From positions 2,858 through 66,857 of the forward strand of contig CAVTKV010000015.1 of NCBI GenBank assembly GCA_963735395.1: a stretch of DNA of 64,000 nt. The letters are read 5' to 3'. The translations under genes and the position numbers were made by a program. The stretch is from an uncultured Acidimicrobiales bacterium (GTDB taxonomy: Bacteria > Actinomycetota > Acidimicrobiia > Acidimicrobiales > VFJN01). Positions 9,112 through 17,654 of this stretch are shown piece after piece. The first letter of the stretch is position 1, and every line of letters starts with the position of its first letter. A model generated the notes under the pieces. It did not search any database, was not told the origin of the DNA, and saw only the letters and a list, made by a program, of their open reading frames with translations.

Positions 9112-10664
9112 CGATCGCCGACGATCCATCGGGCACGGACGCCGAGGCCGCCGCCACCGCCGGTCCCGCCGGGAAGGGGCCCGGCGGTCCCGGGCAAGGT
9201 CCCGCCGGTCCCGGGAACGGACCGATCGGGCGGATGACCGGGCACGCCTGGGCCGTGCTGCTGGTGCTGTGCGGCACGGTGTTCCTCGAGGGCCTCGACG
9301 TGTCGATGATGGGTGTCGCCCTCCCGTCGATGCGGGCCGACCTCGGATTGTCGACCTCGTCGCTGCAGTGGGTGGTGAGCGCCTACGTGCTCGGCTACGG
9401 CGGGTTCGTCCTGCTGGGCGGCCGGGCCGCCGACCTGTTCGGGCGGCGGCGCATGTTCCTGCTGTGGCTGGCGGTGTTCATCGCCTTCTCGGGCCTCGGC
9501 GGGCTGGCGACCGGCGGGTGGATGCTGATCGTCGCCCGCTTCGTCACCGGCGTCAGCGCGGGCTTCCTCACCCCGGCGAGCCTGTCGATCATCACCACGT
9601 CGTTCGCCCCCGGCGAGGTGCGCAACCGGGCGCTGCTCGTGTACGGCGGCGCCGGCGCCGGTGGCTTCTCGCTCGGCATGGTGGTCGGCGGGCTGCTCAC
9701 GACGGCGGGGTGGCGGTGGGTGTTCTTCGCCCCCGTGATCGTCGCCACGCTGCTCCTCGTGGCGGCGCACCGGGTGCTCACCGGCGTCGGCGAGGCGGCA
9801 CCGCCGGACGGCCGCCGCACGTTCGACATCGCCGGCGCCCTCAGCCTCACCGGCGGGATGCTGCTGCTGGTGCTCGGCGTGGTGCGGGCGGCCGACGTGC
9901 CCGGGCTGGCCACGACGGCCACGCTGGTGGCCAGCGCGGCGCTGCTCGCCGCCTTCGTGGTGGTCGAGCGGCGGTCGCCGGCGCCCCTGGTGCGCCTGGG
10001 CATCCTGCGGTCGGCGCCGCTGGTGCGGGCCAACGTGGGGGCGCTGCTGTTCGTCGGCTCGTTCATCGCCTTCCAGTTCATCGTCGTGCTGTACCTGCAG
10101 GAGCTGCGAGGCTGGTCGGCGCTCGAGACCGGGCTGGCCCTGCTGATCGCCGGCATCGACGCGATCCTCGCCCCGACGGTCACCCCGTGGTTCGTGCGGC
10201 GCTTCGGCAACGTGGCGGTGATCCTGGCCGGGATGCTGCTGGGAGCGGCGGCCTACGCCACGTTCCTGCGGGTCGGCGACGACTGGTCCTACGGGATGAT
10301 GGTGCCGGGTCTGGTGCTCATCGGCCTGGCGTTCGCCCTCACGTACGGGCCGCTCACGATCGCCGCCACCGAGCACGTCGACGAGGCGGAGCAGGGCCTC
10401 GCCGGCGGGCTGTTGAACGCCTCGGTGCAGTTCGGCGGTGCGCTGATGCTGGCGGTCGTCACGGCCGTCAACGTGGCCGTCACAGGCGACGACCCGACCC
10501 GTGCGGCGCTGCTCGACGGCTACCGCGCTGCGCTGGTGGTGCCGCTGGTGGCGGTGGCGGTGGGAGCCGCCATCACGGCCTCTGGCCTGCGGCGGTCCGG
10601 GAGACCGGCCGTGGCCGTGCCCGACGCACCGGCGAGGGTGCCGGCCAAGGCCGAGGCCGCGTGA
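9108..10664 (+). CDS. MFS transporter, DHA2 (EmrB/QacA-like, 14-TM) type
   Basis: In frame within ORF 8760..10664. Contains LEGLDVSMMGVALPSM, GGRAADLFGRRRMFL, and many TM helices. Confidence 0.85.
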   Translation: MTIADDPSGTDAEAAATAGPAGKGPGGPGQGPAGPGNGPIGRMTGHAWAVLLVLCGTVFLEGLDVSMMGVALPSMRADLGLSTSSLQWVVSAYVLGYGGFVLLGGRAADLFGRRRMFLLWLAVFIAFSGLGGLATGGWMLIVARFVTGVSAGFLTPASLSIITTSFAPGEVRNRALLVYGGAGAGGFSLGMVVGGLLTTAGWRWVFFAPVIVATLLLVAAHRVLTGVGEAAPPDGRRTFDIAGALSLTGGMLLLVLGVVRAADVPGLATTATLVASAALLAAFVVVERRSPAPLVRLGILRSAPLVRANVGALLFVGSFIAFQFIVVLYLQELRGWSALETGLALLIAGIDAILAPTVTPWFVRRFGNVAVILAGMLLGAAAYATFLRVGDDWSYGMMVPGLVLIGLAFALTYGPLTIAATEHVDEAEQGLAGGLLNASVQFGGALMLAVVTAVNVAVTGDDPTRAALLDGYRAALVVPLVAVAVGAAITASGLRRSGRPAVAVPDAPARVPAKAEAA

Positions 10665-10767
10665 CACGCAAGCACCAGGATCCCGGGAGCGACCGGGACG
10701 ACCGGGCCGGCGGGGCCCGGCACCGACGAGCGTACGATGGCGCCTGCCCGCCTGCGCAGGAGGACCC

Positions 10768-11367
10768 ATGCCCGACACCAGCACCCCCACGGCGACGGCC
10801 GAGCGGCCCCGGGCCGCGTTTCACGCCATGACCGAGGGGACCAAGGCCGACTGGGACATCATCGCCGGCGGCAGCATCGAGCTGGCCGTGGGCCTGCCCG
10901 ATCGGGTGCTCACGCACCTGCGCCAGCTCGGGGGCGACTTCGGCGGGTTCGCCGTCGACCGGCTCGAGCACTCGCTCCAGACGGCGACCCGCGCCTACCG
11001 GGCCGACCGCGACGACGAGTACGTGTTCTCCGCGCTGCTGCACGACGTCGGCGACCTGCTCGGCTCGTTCAACCACGCCGACATCGGCGCGGCGATGGTC
11101 AAGCCGTTCGTCAGCGAGCAGAACCACTGGATGGTCGAGCAGCACGCGATCTTCCAGGGCTACTACTTCTTCCACCACCTGGACCTCGACCCCGACATGC
11201 GCGAGCAGTTCCGGGGCCACGAGTGGTTCGACCACACGGCCGAGTTCTGCGAGGACTTCGACCAGCCCGCCTTCGACCCGGCCTACGACACGCTGCCGCT
11301 CGAGCACTTCGAGCCGCTGCTGCGCCAGATCATGGCGACCCCCAAGCGCAGCATCTACATGAAGTAG
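10768..11367 (+). CDS. HD-domain metal-dependent protein (PhnZ-like)
   Basis: In frame within ORF 10501..11367. ATG 10768 follows GCAGGAGG. Contains LEHSLQTATRAY, ALLHDVGD and MVEQHAIFQGYYFFHH. Confidence 0.7.
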   Translation: MPDTSTPTATAERPRAAFHAMTEGTKADWDIIAGGSIELAVGLPDRVLTHLRQLGGDFGGFAVDRLEHSLQTATRAYRADRDDEYVFSALLHDVGDLLGSFNHADIGAAMVKPFVSEQNHWMVEQHAIFQGYYFFHHLDLDPDMREQFRGHEWFDHTAEFCEDFDQPAFDPAYDTLPLEHFEPLLRQIMATPKRSIYMK

Positions 11368-11436
11368 CCCGCCCCGGGCACGACCCCTGGCGACCGGCGC
11401 GCTGATGGTGGTGCTCGCTCGCCTCGCCCCTTGGCA

Positions 11437-11453
11437 CCTCCCCGCAGGGGGAG
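11437..11453 (+). terminator. Short GC hairpin after the HD-domain gene
   Basis: CCTCCCC-GCA-GGGGAGG is a perfect 7-bp stem. There is no U-tract. Confidence 0.3.
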
Positions 11454-11500
11454 GATGATGGCGGTGTCGAGTCGACAGACCCGGCAAGGAGGTGGTGACC

Positions 11501-11872
11501 ATGCCGACCGATCTCCGCGTCGAGGCTGACAACAGCCCGGGCCAGCTCGCTGCCATCAGCGAGGAGCTCGGCAAGGTCGGGGTGAACATCGACGGCTTCT
11601 GCGCCGTGGCCGACGACGGGCGGGGTGTCCTGCACCTGCTGGTCGACGACGCGGCCGCCGCCCGCGGGGCGCTCCAGGGCGCCGGGTACGCGGTGGCCGC
11701 TGAACGCGCGGCGCTGGTGCTCGGCGATGTCGAGGATCGCCCCGGCTACCTGGGCGAGATGGCCGGCCGGCTGGCGGCCGCCGACGTCAACATCGAGGTC
11801 GCCTACCTCGGGACCGGCACCCGCCTGATCTTCGCCGTCGACGACGTCGAGGCCGCTCGCAACGCCTTGTAG
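11501..11872 (+). CDS. ACT-domain protein
   Basis: ORF 11492..11872. I prefer ATG 11501, 8 nt after AAGGAGG. Two ACT-like halves (DNSPGQLAAISEELGKVGVNIDGF and EDRPGYLGEMAGRLAAADVNIEV). Confidence 0.7.
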   Translation: MPTDLRVEADNSPGQLAAISEELGKVGVNIDGFCAVADDGRGVLHLLVDDAAAARGALQGAGYAVAAERAALVLGDVEDRPGYLGEMAGRLAAADVNIEVAYLGTGTRLIFAVDDVEAARNAL

Positions 11873-11881
11873 CGGCCGGCA

Positions 11882-12817
11882 TCACGGGATGTCGGGAACC
11901 TCCCTCGCCTCGGCAGCCTCTGGTGGTCGTCGGTCCGCCGGCACGGCTTCGGCGCGGCCGCGCGCCCGGTATCCGGCCACGGCGATGGCGCCGAGCCCCA
12001 CCACGACGGCCGCGAACCAGATCAGGCCGCCGAGGAACGGGACGAGGGCGACGACTCGCAGGATCCCCCAGCCGGCCAGGAAGGCGAGGATCGGCGCGGC
12101 GCGCGGGGCGACCGTGCGGCCGAGCACCCAGGCGCTGGCGGTGTAGCCGATCCAGTAGATCAACCCGAGGGCCAGCAGCAGGCCGAGCCCGAGGGGCAGG
12201 CCGACGATCGTGACCATGGCGACGACGGCCACGATCGGCAGGCCGATGGTGAGGAGGAGCCCCCAGCCGATGACCGGCCCGATAGCCCCGTGGGCGGCCT
12301 CGTTCACGGCCGCGGCGGCGCGGGGGGCGAGCAGGCCGAGCACCAGGCCCAGGATCAGGGTCGAGACGGTGAACGCGAGCCACACGGCGACCCGGGCGGC
12401 GATGGCTGTCGCCCGGCGCCAGGAGTTGGGGTTCCACCGTTCCCACGACCCGTCGAGGCGGCCGTCACCCTCGACGACGGGGCGGTGCCGGGACACGACG
12501 TCGCCCTCGACGTGGCCCGAGTCGGCGACGACGACCCGCCCGTCGAGCGCCACGACGTCCTCCTCGGCGGTCCCGCGCACGAGGACGTCGCCGTTGAGCG
12601 CGACCAGGCTGTCGCGGACGACGCCGTCGACCACGACCGGACCGTCGGCGATGAACACGTTGTCGACGGTCTCGTCCTCGCGGACCTCGGCCCGGCCGGT
12701 GATGACCACGATGTTGTCCGTGTCGTCGTCGGTCTGGGCACCGGCGGCCGGCGCGCCGGCCCCCACGACAACGCCCGCCACGAGTACCGCCAGGCAGCCA
12801 CGGGTCACGGAGTGCAT
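11882..12817 (-). CDS. Membrane protein with a bactofilin-like (polymer-forming beta-helix) extracytoplasmic domain
   Basis: ORF 11882..12898. I place the start at MHSVTRGCLAVLVAG (12817), which reads as a signal peptide. Repeated VxxDVxVxG units (VVVDGVVRDSLVALNGDVLVRG..VVVADSGHVEGDVV) are followed by about 4 TM helices. Confidence 0.65.
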   Translation of the reverse strand: MHSVTRGCLAVLVAGVVVGAGAPAAGAQTDDDTDNIVVITGRAEVREDETVDNVFIADGPVVVDGVVRDSLVALNGDVLVRGTAEEDVVALDGRVVVADSGHVEGDVVSRHRPVVEGDGRLDGSWERWNPNSWRRATAIAARVAVWLAFTVSTLILGLVLGLLAPRAAAAVNEAAHGAIGPVIGWGLLLTIGLPIVAVVAMVTIVGLPLGLGLLLALGLIYWIGYTASAWVLGRTVAPRAAPILAFLAGWGILRVVALVPFLGGLIWFAAVVVGLGAIAVAGYRARGRAEAVPADRRPPEAAEAREVPDIP

Positions 12818-12989
12818 GGTGCGCCATCTCCTCGGGGCCATCATCCCCCACGTGGACGCGCTCGGGAAGGACCGGCGCGGCGCCCGGGTCCTCGACACTG
12901 GGCCTACCGGCAGGATCGCTGACGGTCACCGCGTCCGCGCCGAGAGTCATCCGCGCCCGAACGAGCCGGTTCGGGGAGAATCGTGACCG

Positions 12990-13565
12990 GTGAAGGTTGA
13001 TCCGGCCGTGCGTGCGCATGCCGTCGACCGTCTCGAGACGCTCGGCGGCCTCTCGCCGGAGCAGGCGTCCGCCCTCGTCGACGCGGTGGTCGACGGTGCC
13101 GTCGACCATGCGTTCGAGCTGGTCAACGGCTCGGGGCCGGTCCCGACGAGCATGACCACGGCCAAGGCCGACGAGCTCCGCTGGATCTGTCAGCGGCTCG
13201 GCCGCCTGCTGTCGCAGCGCGAGGTCGAGATCGTGTTCCGGATCACCGCCACCTCGGCCCGAACGGTCCTCAACACGATGCTGGCCACCTACGAGGAGGG
13301 ACTGCACGAGCAGTTCCTCGAGCGGATGCGGGACGACGCGACCGTGCTGCCCTCCGGCACCGACGAGGCCGGGCTCACGTGGACGCTCCGCTTCACCGAG
13401 GCGAGCACGTTCGACACCGCCAGGTCGGAGCTGTCCCGCCTCGGGTTGCTCGGCCAGTCCGACGCCCACCCGGCCCAGCGCAGGATCACCGTCCCCCGCC
13501 GGGCGACGACCGGCGGCACGGCAGGTGACGTGCTGCCCGCCCTGGGCTTGCGGGAGCCCGCGTAG
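12990..13565 (+). CDS. Hypothetical protein (no family recognised)
   Basis: 191-aa ORF with strong third-position GC and balanced composition. GTG 12990 lies 10 nt after GGGGAG. Confidence 0.55.
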   Translation: MKVDPAVRAHAVDRLETLGGLSPEQASALVDAVVDGAVDHAFELVNGSGPVPTSMTTAKADELRWICQRLGRLLSQREVEIVFRITATSARTVLNTMLATYEEGLHEQFLERMRDDATVLPSGTDEAGLTWTLRFTEASTFDTARSELSRLGLLGQSDAHPAQRRITVPRRATTGGTAGDVLPALGLREPA

Positions 13566-13915
13566 TGCCGACGCTTGCCGACCAGGTCGCCCAGGCCAGC
13601 AACCTGCTCGGTCTGCTGCTGGCGCTCGACACCCTCTTCACCACCGAGCAGGCCCGTCGCCTCGCCGAGGAGAGGACCCGCATCGGCGGCGCGCGGCGGG
13701 CCACGCTCCGGACCGCCCTGGTCACCTGCATCGGACTCGCCGCCGTCACCGTCGCCGCGCTCGCCTCGCTGACACCGCTCGCTCTGGACGTCGTCGAGAC
13801 GCTCGGCGAGTCGAGCTGGCAGCCGGTGTTCGGCGTCTTCCTGCTGACCTATGTCCTGCTCGTGGGGCTCGTCACCTGGCAGATCACGCTCACCCTGCGG
13901 GCCCGCCCCCGCTAG
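13565..13915 (+). CDS. Hypothetical small membrane protein (about 3 TM)
   Basis: 116-aa ORF. Its GTG overlaps the upstream TAG by 1 nt, and GGGAG lies 8 nt upstream. TM segments include SNLLGLLLALDTLF, LVTCIGLAAVTVAALASL and VFGVFLLTYVLLVGLVTW. Confidence 0.55.
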   Translation: MPTLADQVAQASNLLGLLLALDTLFTTEQARRLAEERTRIGGARRATLRTALVTCIGLAAVTVAALASLTPLALDVVETLGESSWQPVFGVFLLTYVLLVGLVTWQITLTLRARPR

Positions 13916-13941
13916 GCGCGGCACGGTGGCAGGATGCGGAG

Positions 13942-14428
13942 ATGACGAGCGAACGGTTGGAGGTCCAGCGGACGATCGCGGCGGACCCGGCGACGATCTT
14001 CCGGGTGCTGTGCGACCCGCAGGGCCATGTGGCGATCGACAGCTCCGGCATGCTGATGGACGCCACGGGCAAGCCCGTTGCTGCCGTCGGCGACAGCTTC
14101 GTCGTGCACATGGACCGTGAGGCCCTGAACGACTACCCGATGGGCCTCTACGACGTGACCGTCACCATCACGACGGTTCGTTCCCGACCGCGAGATCGCA
14201 TGGACGATCCTGGGCCAGATCCGCCCCCAGATCGGCCACGTCTACGGCTACACCCTCGCGCCCATCGACGACGGCACGCTCGTCACGTCGTACTACGACT
14301 GGTCGTCCATCGACCCGGTCTGGAAAGAGGCCGGGATCTTCCCGATCCTGTCGGAGGGGGCTCTGCGGGCCACGCTCGGGATCCTCGCCCGCACGGTGGC
14401 ACGCGGCGCTCTCGACGCGTCGGGCTGA
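13942..14428 (+). pseudogene. SRPBCC (polyketide cyclase/START-like) protein, one-base frame change at about 14176
   Basis: MTSERLEVQRTIAADPATIFRVLCDPQGH..YDVTVTITT (13942-14175) is followed by an extra G. The next frame then reads FVPDREIAWTILGQIRPQIGHVYGYTLAPIDDGTLVTSYYDWSS..ARGALDASG, with its stop at 14426-14428. Confidence 0.7.
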
Positions 14429-14429
14429 G

Positions 14430-14975
14430 TCACGGTCGGTCTCGCCCACCGGTCGACGCGGCGCGCCACTGGCGGCGAACGGCGCGGGTGCCGGGTTGAC
14501 CGATGTCGAGCCACGTCGCCACATCGACCTGCTCGAGATCGAGCTCGAACAGCGGGTCGTTGGACACCGTCTCGATCATCCCGCCCACCTGGCTCGCGGC
14601 GACGGCGGAACGGACCAGCGCCCTGGTCGCCGCGTCGCTGGTGACCTCGACGGCCCGCGCCCGGATGCAGAGCTCATCGTCCTCCGGGCCGGGGAGCGCA
14701 TGGATCACACAACGGGGGTCACGTCGGAGGTCCCATCCTTTGGGCGACGACGGAGGGATCGCCGCGAACAAGCGCCCAGCCGCCAGGATCGGGCAGAAGG
14801 GATGGAGCCGCGGGCCGCCGTCGCGGCGAACGGAGGCCAGGTAGCTGATGGCGAAGCACGGCGCACCCGTGGGTGGCGCCTCGCCATGGTTCAGCGCAGT
14901 GATGCCCGGCCACAGCCGCCCCGCGACCGCAGCGAGCTCTGGCGCCTCTGCCTCGAACGTCGCCCAGCCGGCCAC
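14430..14975 (-). CDS. Pyridoxamine 5-phosphate oxidase (PPOX-class, probable F420/FMN-binding) family protein
   Basis: 181-aa ORF with ISYLASVRRDGGPRLHPF and DLRRDPRCVIHALPG. Confidence 0.7.
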   Translation of the reverse strand: MAGWATFEAEAPELAAVAGRLWPGITALNHGEAPPTGAPCFAISYLASVRRDGGPRLHPFCPILAAGRLFAAIPPSSPKGWDLRRDPRCVIHALPGPEDDELCIRARAVEVTSDAATRALVRSAVAASQVGGMIETVSNDPLFELDLEQVDVATWLDIGQPGTRAVRRQWRAASTGGRDRP

Positions 14976-15028
14976 CCGCCGAGTCTGCCCTGATCTCGAT
15001 CCACGAGTGTGACAGCGCGATAACGAGC

Positions 15029-16831
15029 TCAGCGCGACGACTCGCTGCCCAGCTCCTCGTAGAGCGCCTCGCCGCGGCCGAGCCGGGTAGCGATCTGCAC
15101 GACCTGTGGCAGCTCGCGCCGGGTCGGGGTGTGCGCCGCGAGGAAGCGGGCGATGCCGACGAGGACCAGAGCGCCCTCCTCGGAGCCGCGCGGCCAGGCG
15201 TGGAACTGGCGGACACCGGCCTCCACGACCTGGAACCAGTGGAACTCGGCGTCCTCGGCGAGCAACGCGGCGCCCAGGCGGGCCACGAGCAGACGGGGAT
15301 CACCGCCGGCCCGCACGAACCCGTAGGCGATCGCACCGGCCCGGTCGACCTGGCCCTGCACGTCCCAGCACTGCTGGAGATCGGCGAGGTCGCCCGCGTC
15401 GGCCCGGGGGAGCGGTGAGGCGGGCACGTTGAGGAACCGGTCGAGATGGACCCGGAGCGCGCCATGGACCACACCCCGCAGCAGCTCGACGCTCGGGTTG
15501 CGGATCAGGGCCTGGTGCAGAGCGCTCGCCGCGGTGAAGGCGTGATGGACGGTGTCCCAGTCGCCGAAGTCGTTCTGCGGGTGGAACCGGACGATGCGCA
15601 GCGCGGCGGCGAACGCCAGGGCCCGGCCGAGCTGTTCGGGCGTGGCGCCGTCGGCGATGGCGCCGCACACGGATCCGACGACCTCGTCGGGGTCGTCGGC
15701 CAGGATCTGCCAGCCCAGGCCGGCCACGTCGTCGAACCGCCCCGCCCGTGTCCCACCCTCGTCGACCAGGGCGGGCAGCCGCTCCACGGCCTGCGTGACC
15801 AGCCCCGCCAGGTCGTGGGGGTGCCGCCACGACGCGGTCTCCTCGAGCCGCCGGGCGGCTGCCGTCTGCCGGACGAGCGTCGGCAACACCTGGGGCGCCG
15901 CCGCGGACCCGACGTGGGCGAGCGCCTCGAAAGCCTTGTTGGTGAAGTCGAGGGTGTGGCCTCCGTCGATGAACACGTGGTCGGTGACCGCTGCGAACAT
16001 CATCCGCTCGGCCGTACCGACATCACCGCCGACATCACCGCCGGCGTCGCCGGCAGCGTGGCCGGCAGCGTCGTCGGCACCGTCGTCGGACGGCGCCGAC
16101 AGCGCGGTGGCCAGCACCCGCTCGGCGGCGTCGCTCGAGCGGGTCTCGATGAACCTCCGGTACCAACCGGCCAGGCGCTCGGCGGGGATGTCGGCGCCCC
16201 GGAGCTGGTCGATCGGGAACCGCGGCGGCCGGTTGCGGGTGTCGCGGGACACGAACGCCAGCCCGTGCACCAGGGCGAGCGGCCGGTCGCCCTCGTCGAG
16301 GTCGGCCAGCAGGTTGGCCATCGCCACCAGCACGGTGAGGCCGGCACCCCAGCCCGCATCGCGGTAGGTCGTGCCGAAGTCGATCCCGGCCCGCACGATC
16401 TCGGCCGGATCCACCCCGAGGCCGAGCAGCCCGAGCACCGACTTGGCCGTGACGAGCGTGAGCCCGTCCTCGAGCCCGTCCTGCAGGCGGGCCCGCAGAT
16501 GGCCCTCTCGGTCGCCGTCCGCCCGGGCGGCCACGAGGACGTCGTCGCCGTCGATGGTCACGTCGAAGGCGCGGGCGTCGTCGGCGAAGAGGTCGAGGGT
16601 GCACCCAGATGCCAGGTCGAACCGGGCATGGTGCCAGTGGCACGTCACGAGCCCGTCCCCGACGGTGCCCCGGTGCAGCGGGAACCCCATGTGCGGGCAC
16701 CGGTCGTCGATCGCCCACGCCCGGCCGTCGTGCCAGAAGACGACCACCGGCACAGTGCCCACCTTGGTGAGCAGCTGGCCAGCCCCGGTCAGCTCGGACA
16801 CCGATCCGGCCCGGACCTGCATGTCACGCAC
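15029..16831 (-). CDS. Rieske [2Fe-2S] domain fused to a large (about 480 aa) uncharacterised alpha-helical domain
   Basis: 600-aa ORF. Rieske ligands CPHMGFPLH..CHWHHARF lie in the first 100 aa. The rest is well composed but I do not recognise it. The start could instead be ATG 16822. Confidence 0.8.
   Translation of the reverse strand: MRDMQVRAGSVSELTGAGQLLTKVGTVPVVVFWHDGRAWAIDDRCPHMGFPLHRGTVGDGLVTCHWHHARFDLASGCTLDLFADDARAFDVTIDGDDVLVAARADGDREGHLRARLQDGLEDGLTLVTAKSVLGLLGLGVDPAEIVRAGIDFGTTYRDAGWGAGLTVLVAMANLLADLDEGDRPLALVHGLAFVSRDTRNRPPRFPIDQLRGADIPAERLAGWYRRFIETRSSDAAERVLATALSAPSDDGADDAAGHAAGDAGGDVGGDVGTAERMMFAAVTDHVFIDGGHTLDFTNKAFEALAHVGSAAAPQVLPTLVRQTAAARRLEETASWRHPHDLAGLVTQAVERLPALVDEGGTRAGRFDDVAGLGWQILADDPDEVVGSVCGAIADGATPEQLGRALAFAAALRIVRFHPQNDFGDWDTVHHAFTAASALHQALIRNPSVELLRGVVHGALRVHLDRFLNVPASPLPRADAGDLADLQQCWDVQGQVDRAGAIAYGFVRAGGDPRLLVARLGAALLAEDAEFHWFQVVEAGVRQFHAWPRGSEEGALVLVGIARFLAAHTPTRRELPQVVQIATRLGRGEALYEELGSESSR
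16018..16089. repeat. Imperfect 12-nt in-frame tandem repeats inside the Rieske-fusion gene
   Basis: CGACATCACCGC x2 is followed by CGGCGTCGCCGG / CAGCGTGGCCGG / CAGCGTCGTCGG / CACCGTCGTCGG. On the minus strand they encode the acidic Gly/Asp/Ala insert DDGADDAAGHAAGDAGGDVGGDVG. Confidence 0.7.
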
Positions 16832-16905
16832 GCTATCGACGTCGGGCGCCGGGTTTCGGCCGCGGACCCTCGCACTGGTGGTGAGTAACCGTTATTCTGA
16901 CCCCT

Positions 16906-17580
16906 GTGACGCCTGGCACCGTTGTCGACACCTCGGTTCGCGATCGCCTCGTCGCGGCCGCCGCCGAGGTCTTCGCCGAGCGCGGCTACGAGGGCACCCG
17001 GGTGCAGGAGGTCGTGCGCCGGGCCGGGCTCAGCACCGGCGCGATCTACACCAACTTCCGCGACAAGGCCGACCTCCTGCTCGCTGCCGTGGGCACCGCA
17101 CCGGTCGACTCGCTCTTCGCCACGATGGGGCGGGCCGGCACCACGGCCGAGGGCCTGCGCCGCGCCGGCCGTCTGTTGCCGGTCGCCAAGCGCCGCCACC
17201 GACCGCTGCTGTTCGAGGCGCTCGTGGCCGCCCGCCGCGACCCCGAGGTCGCGGCTCTCCTGCGCGACCGCCTCATGTCGTTCCGGGGGCTCGTGGGCGA
17301 CGTGGTGGCCAAGGGTCAGGCCGAGGGCAGCCTGGCCGATGACGTCGACGTCGAGGCCGTCGCCGAGCTCTGCCAGGCATTGGGCATGGGGTTCCTCCTG
17401 ATGGAGGCCGTCGGGTTGCCGCACGCCGGCGAAGAGGCGTGGCACGACCTCATCGACCGGCTCGTCGGGGCCGTCGAGCCCCCCGACCGCGCTGGCACGA
17501 CCGACCCCACCGATGTCGCCCACGTCACCGACACTCACCGACCTCGCCGACCTCGCCGACCTCGCCGGCATCGCCGATGA
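16906..17580 (+). CDS. TetR-family transcriptional regulator (C-terminal tail frame uncertain)
   Basis: 224-aa ORF with RDRLVAAAAEVFAERGYEGTRVQEVVRRAGLSTGAIYTNFRDK. The last 15 codons are Arg/Pro-rich with poor codon bias. Confidence 0.8.
   Translation: MTPGTVVDTSVRDRLVAAAAEVFAERGYEGTRVQEVVRRAGLSTGAIYTNFRDKADLLLAAVGTAPVDSLFATMGRAGTTAEGLRRAGRLLPVAKRRHRPLLFEALVAARRDPEVAALLRDRLMSFRGLVGDVVAKGQAEGSLADDVDVEAVAELCQALGMGFLLMEAVGLPHAGEEAWHDLIDRLVGAVEPPDRAGTTDPTDVAHVTDTHRPRRPRRPRRHRR
17539..17574. repeat. 9-nt tandem repeat (CGACCTCGC x3 plus a variant)
   Basis: Read directly at the 3-prime end of the TetR gene. Confidence 0.7.
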
Positions 17581-17654
17581 GACCGATCCGATCGACCCGT
17601 CCGCGGCGTACCTCAGCGAGATGACAGCCGCATCCCACCCATCAGGAGGTTCCG

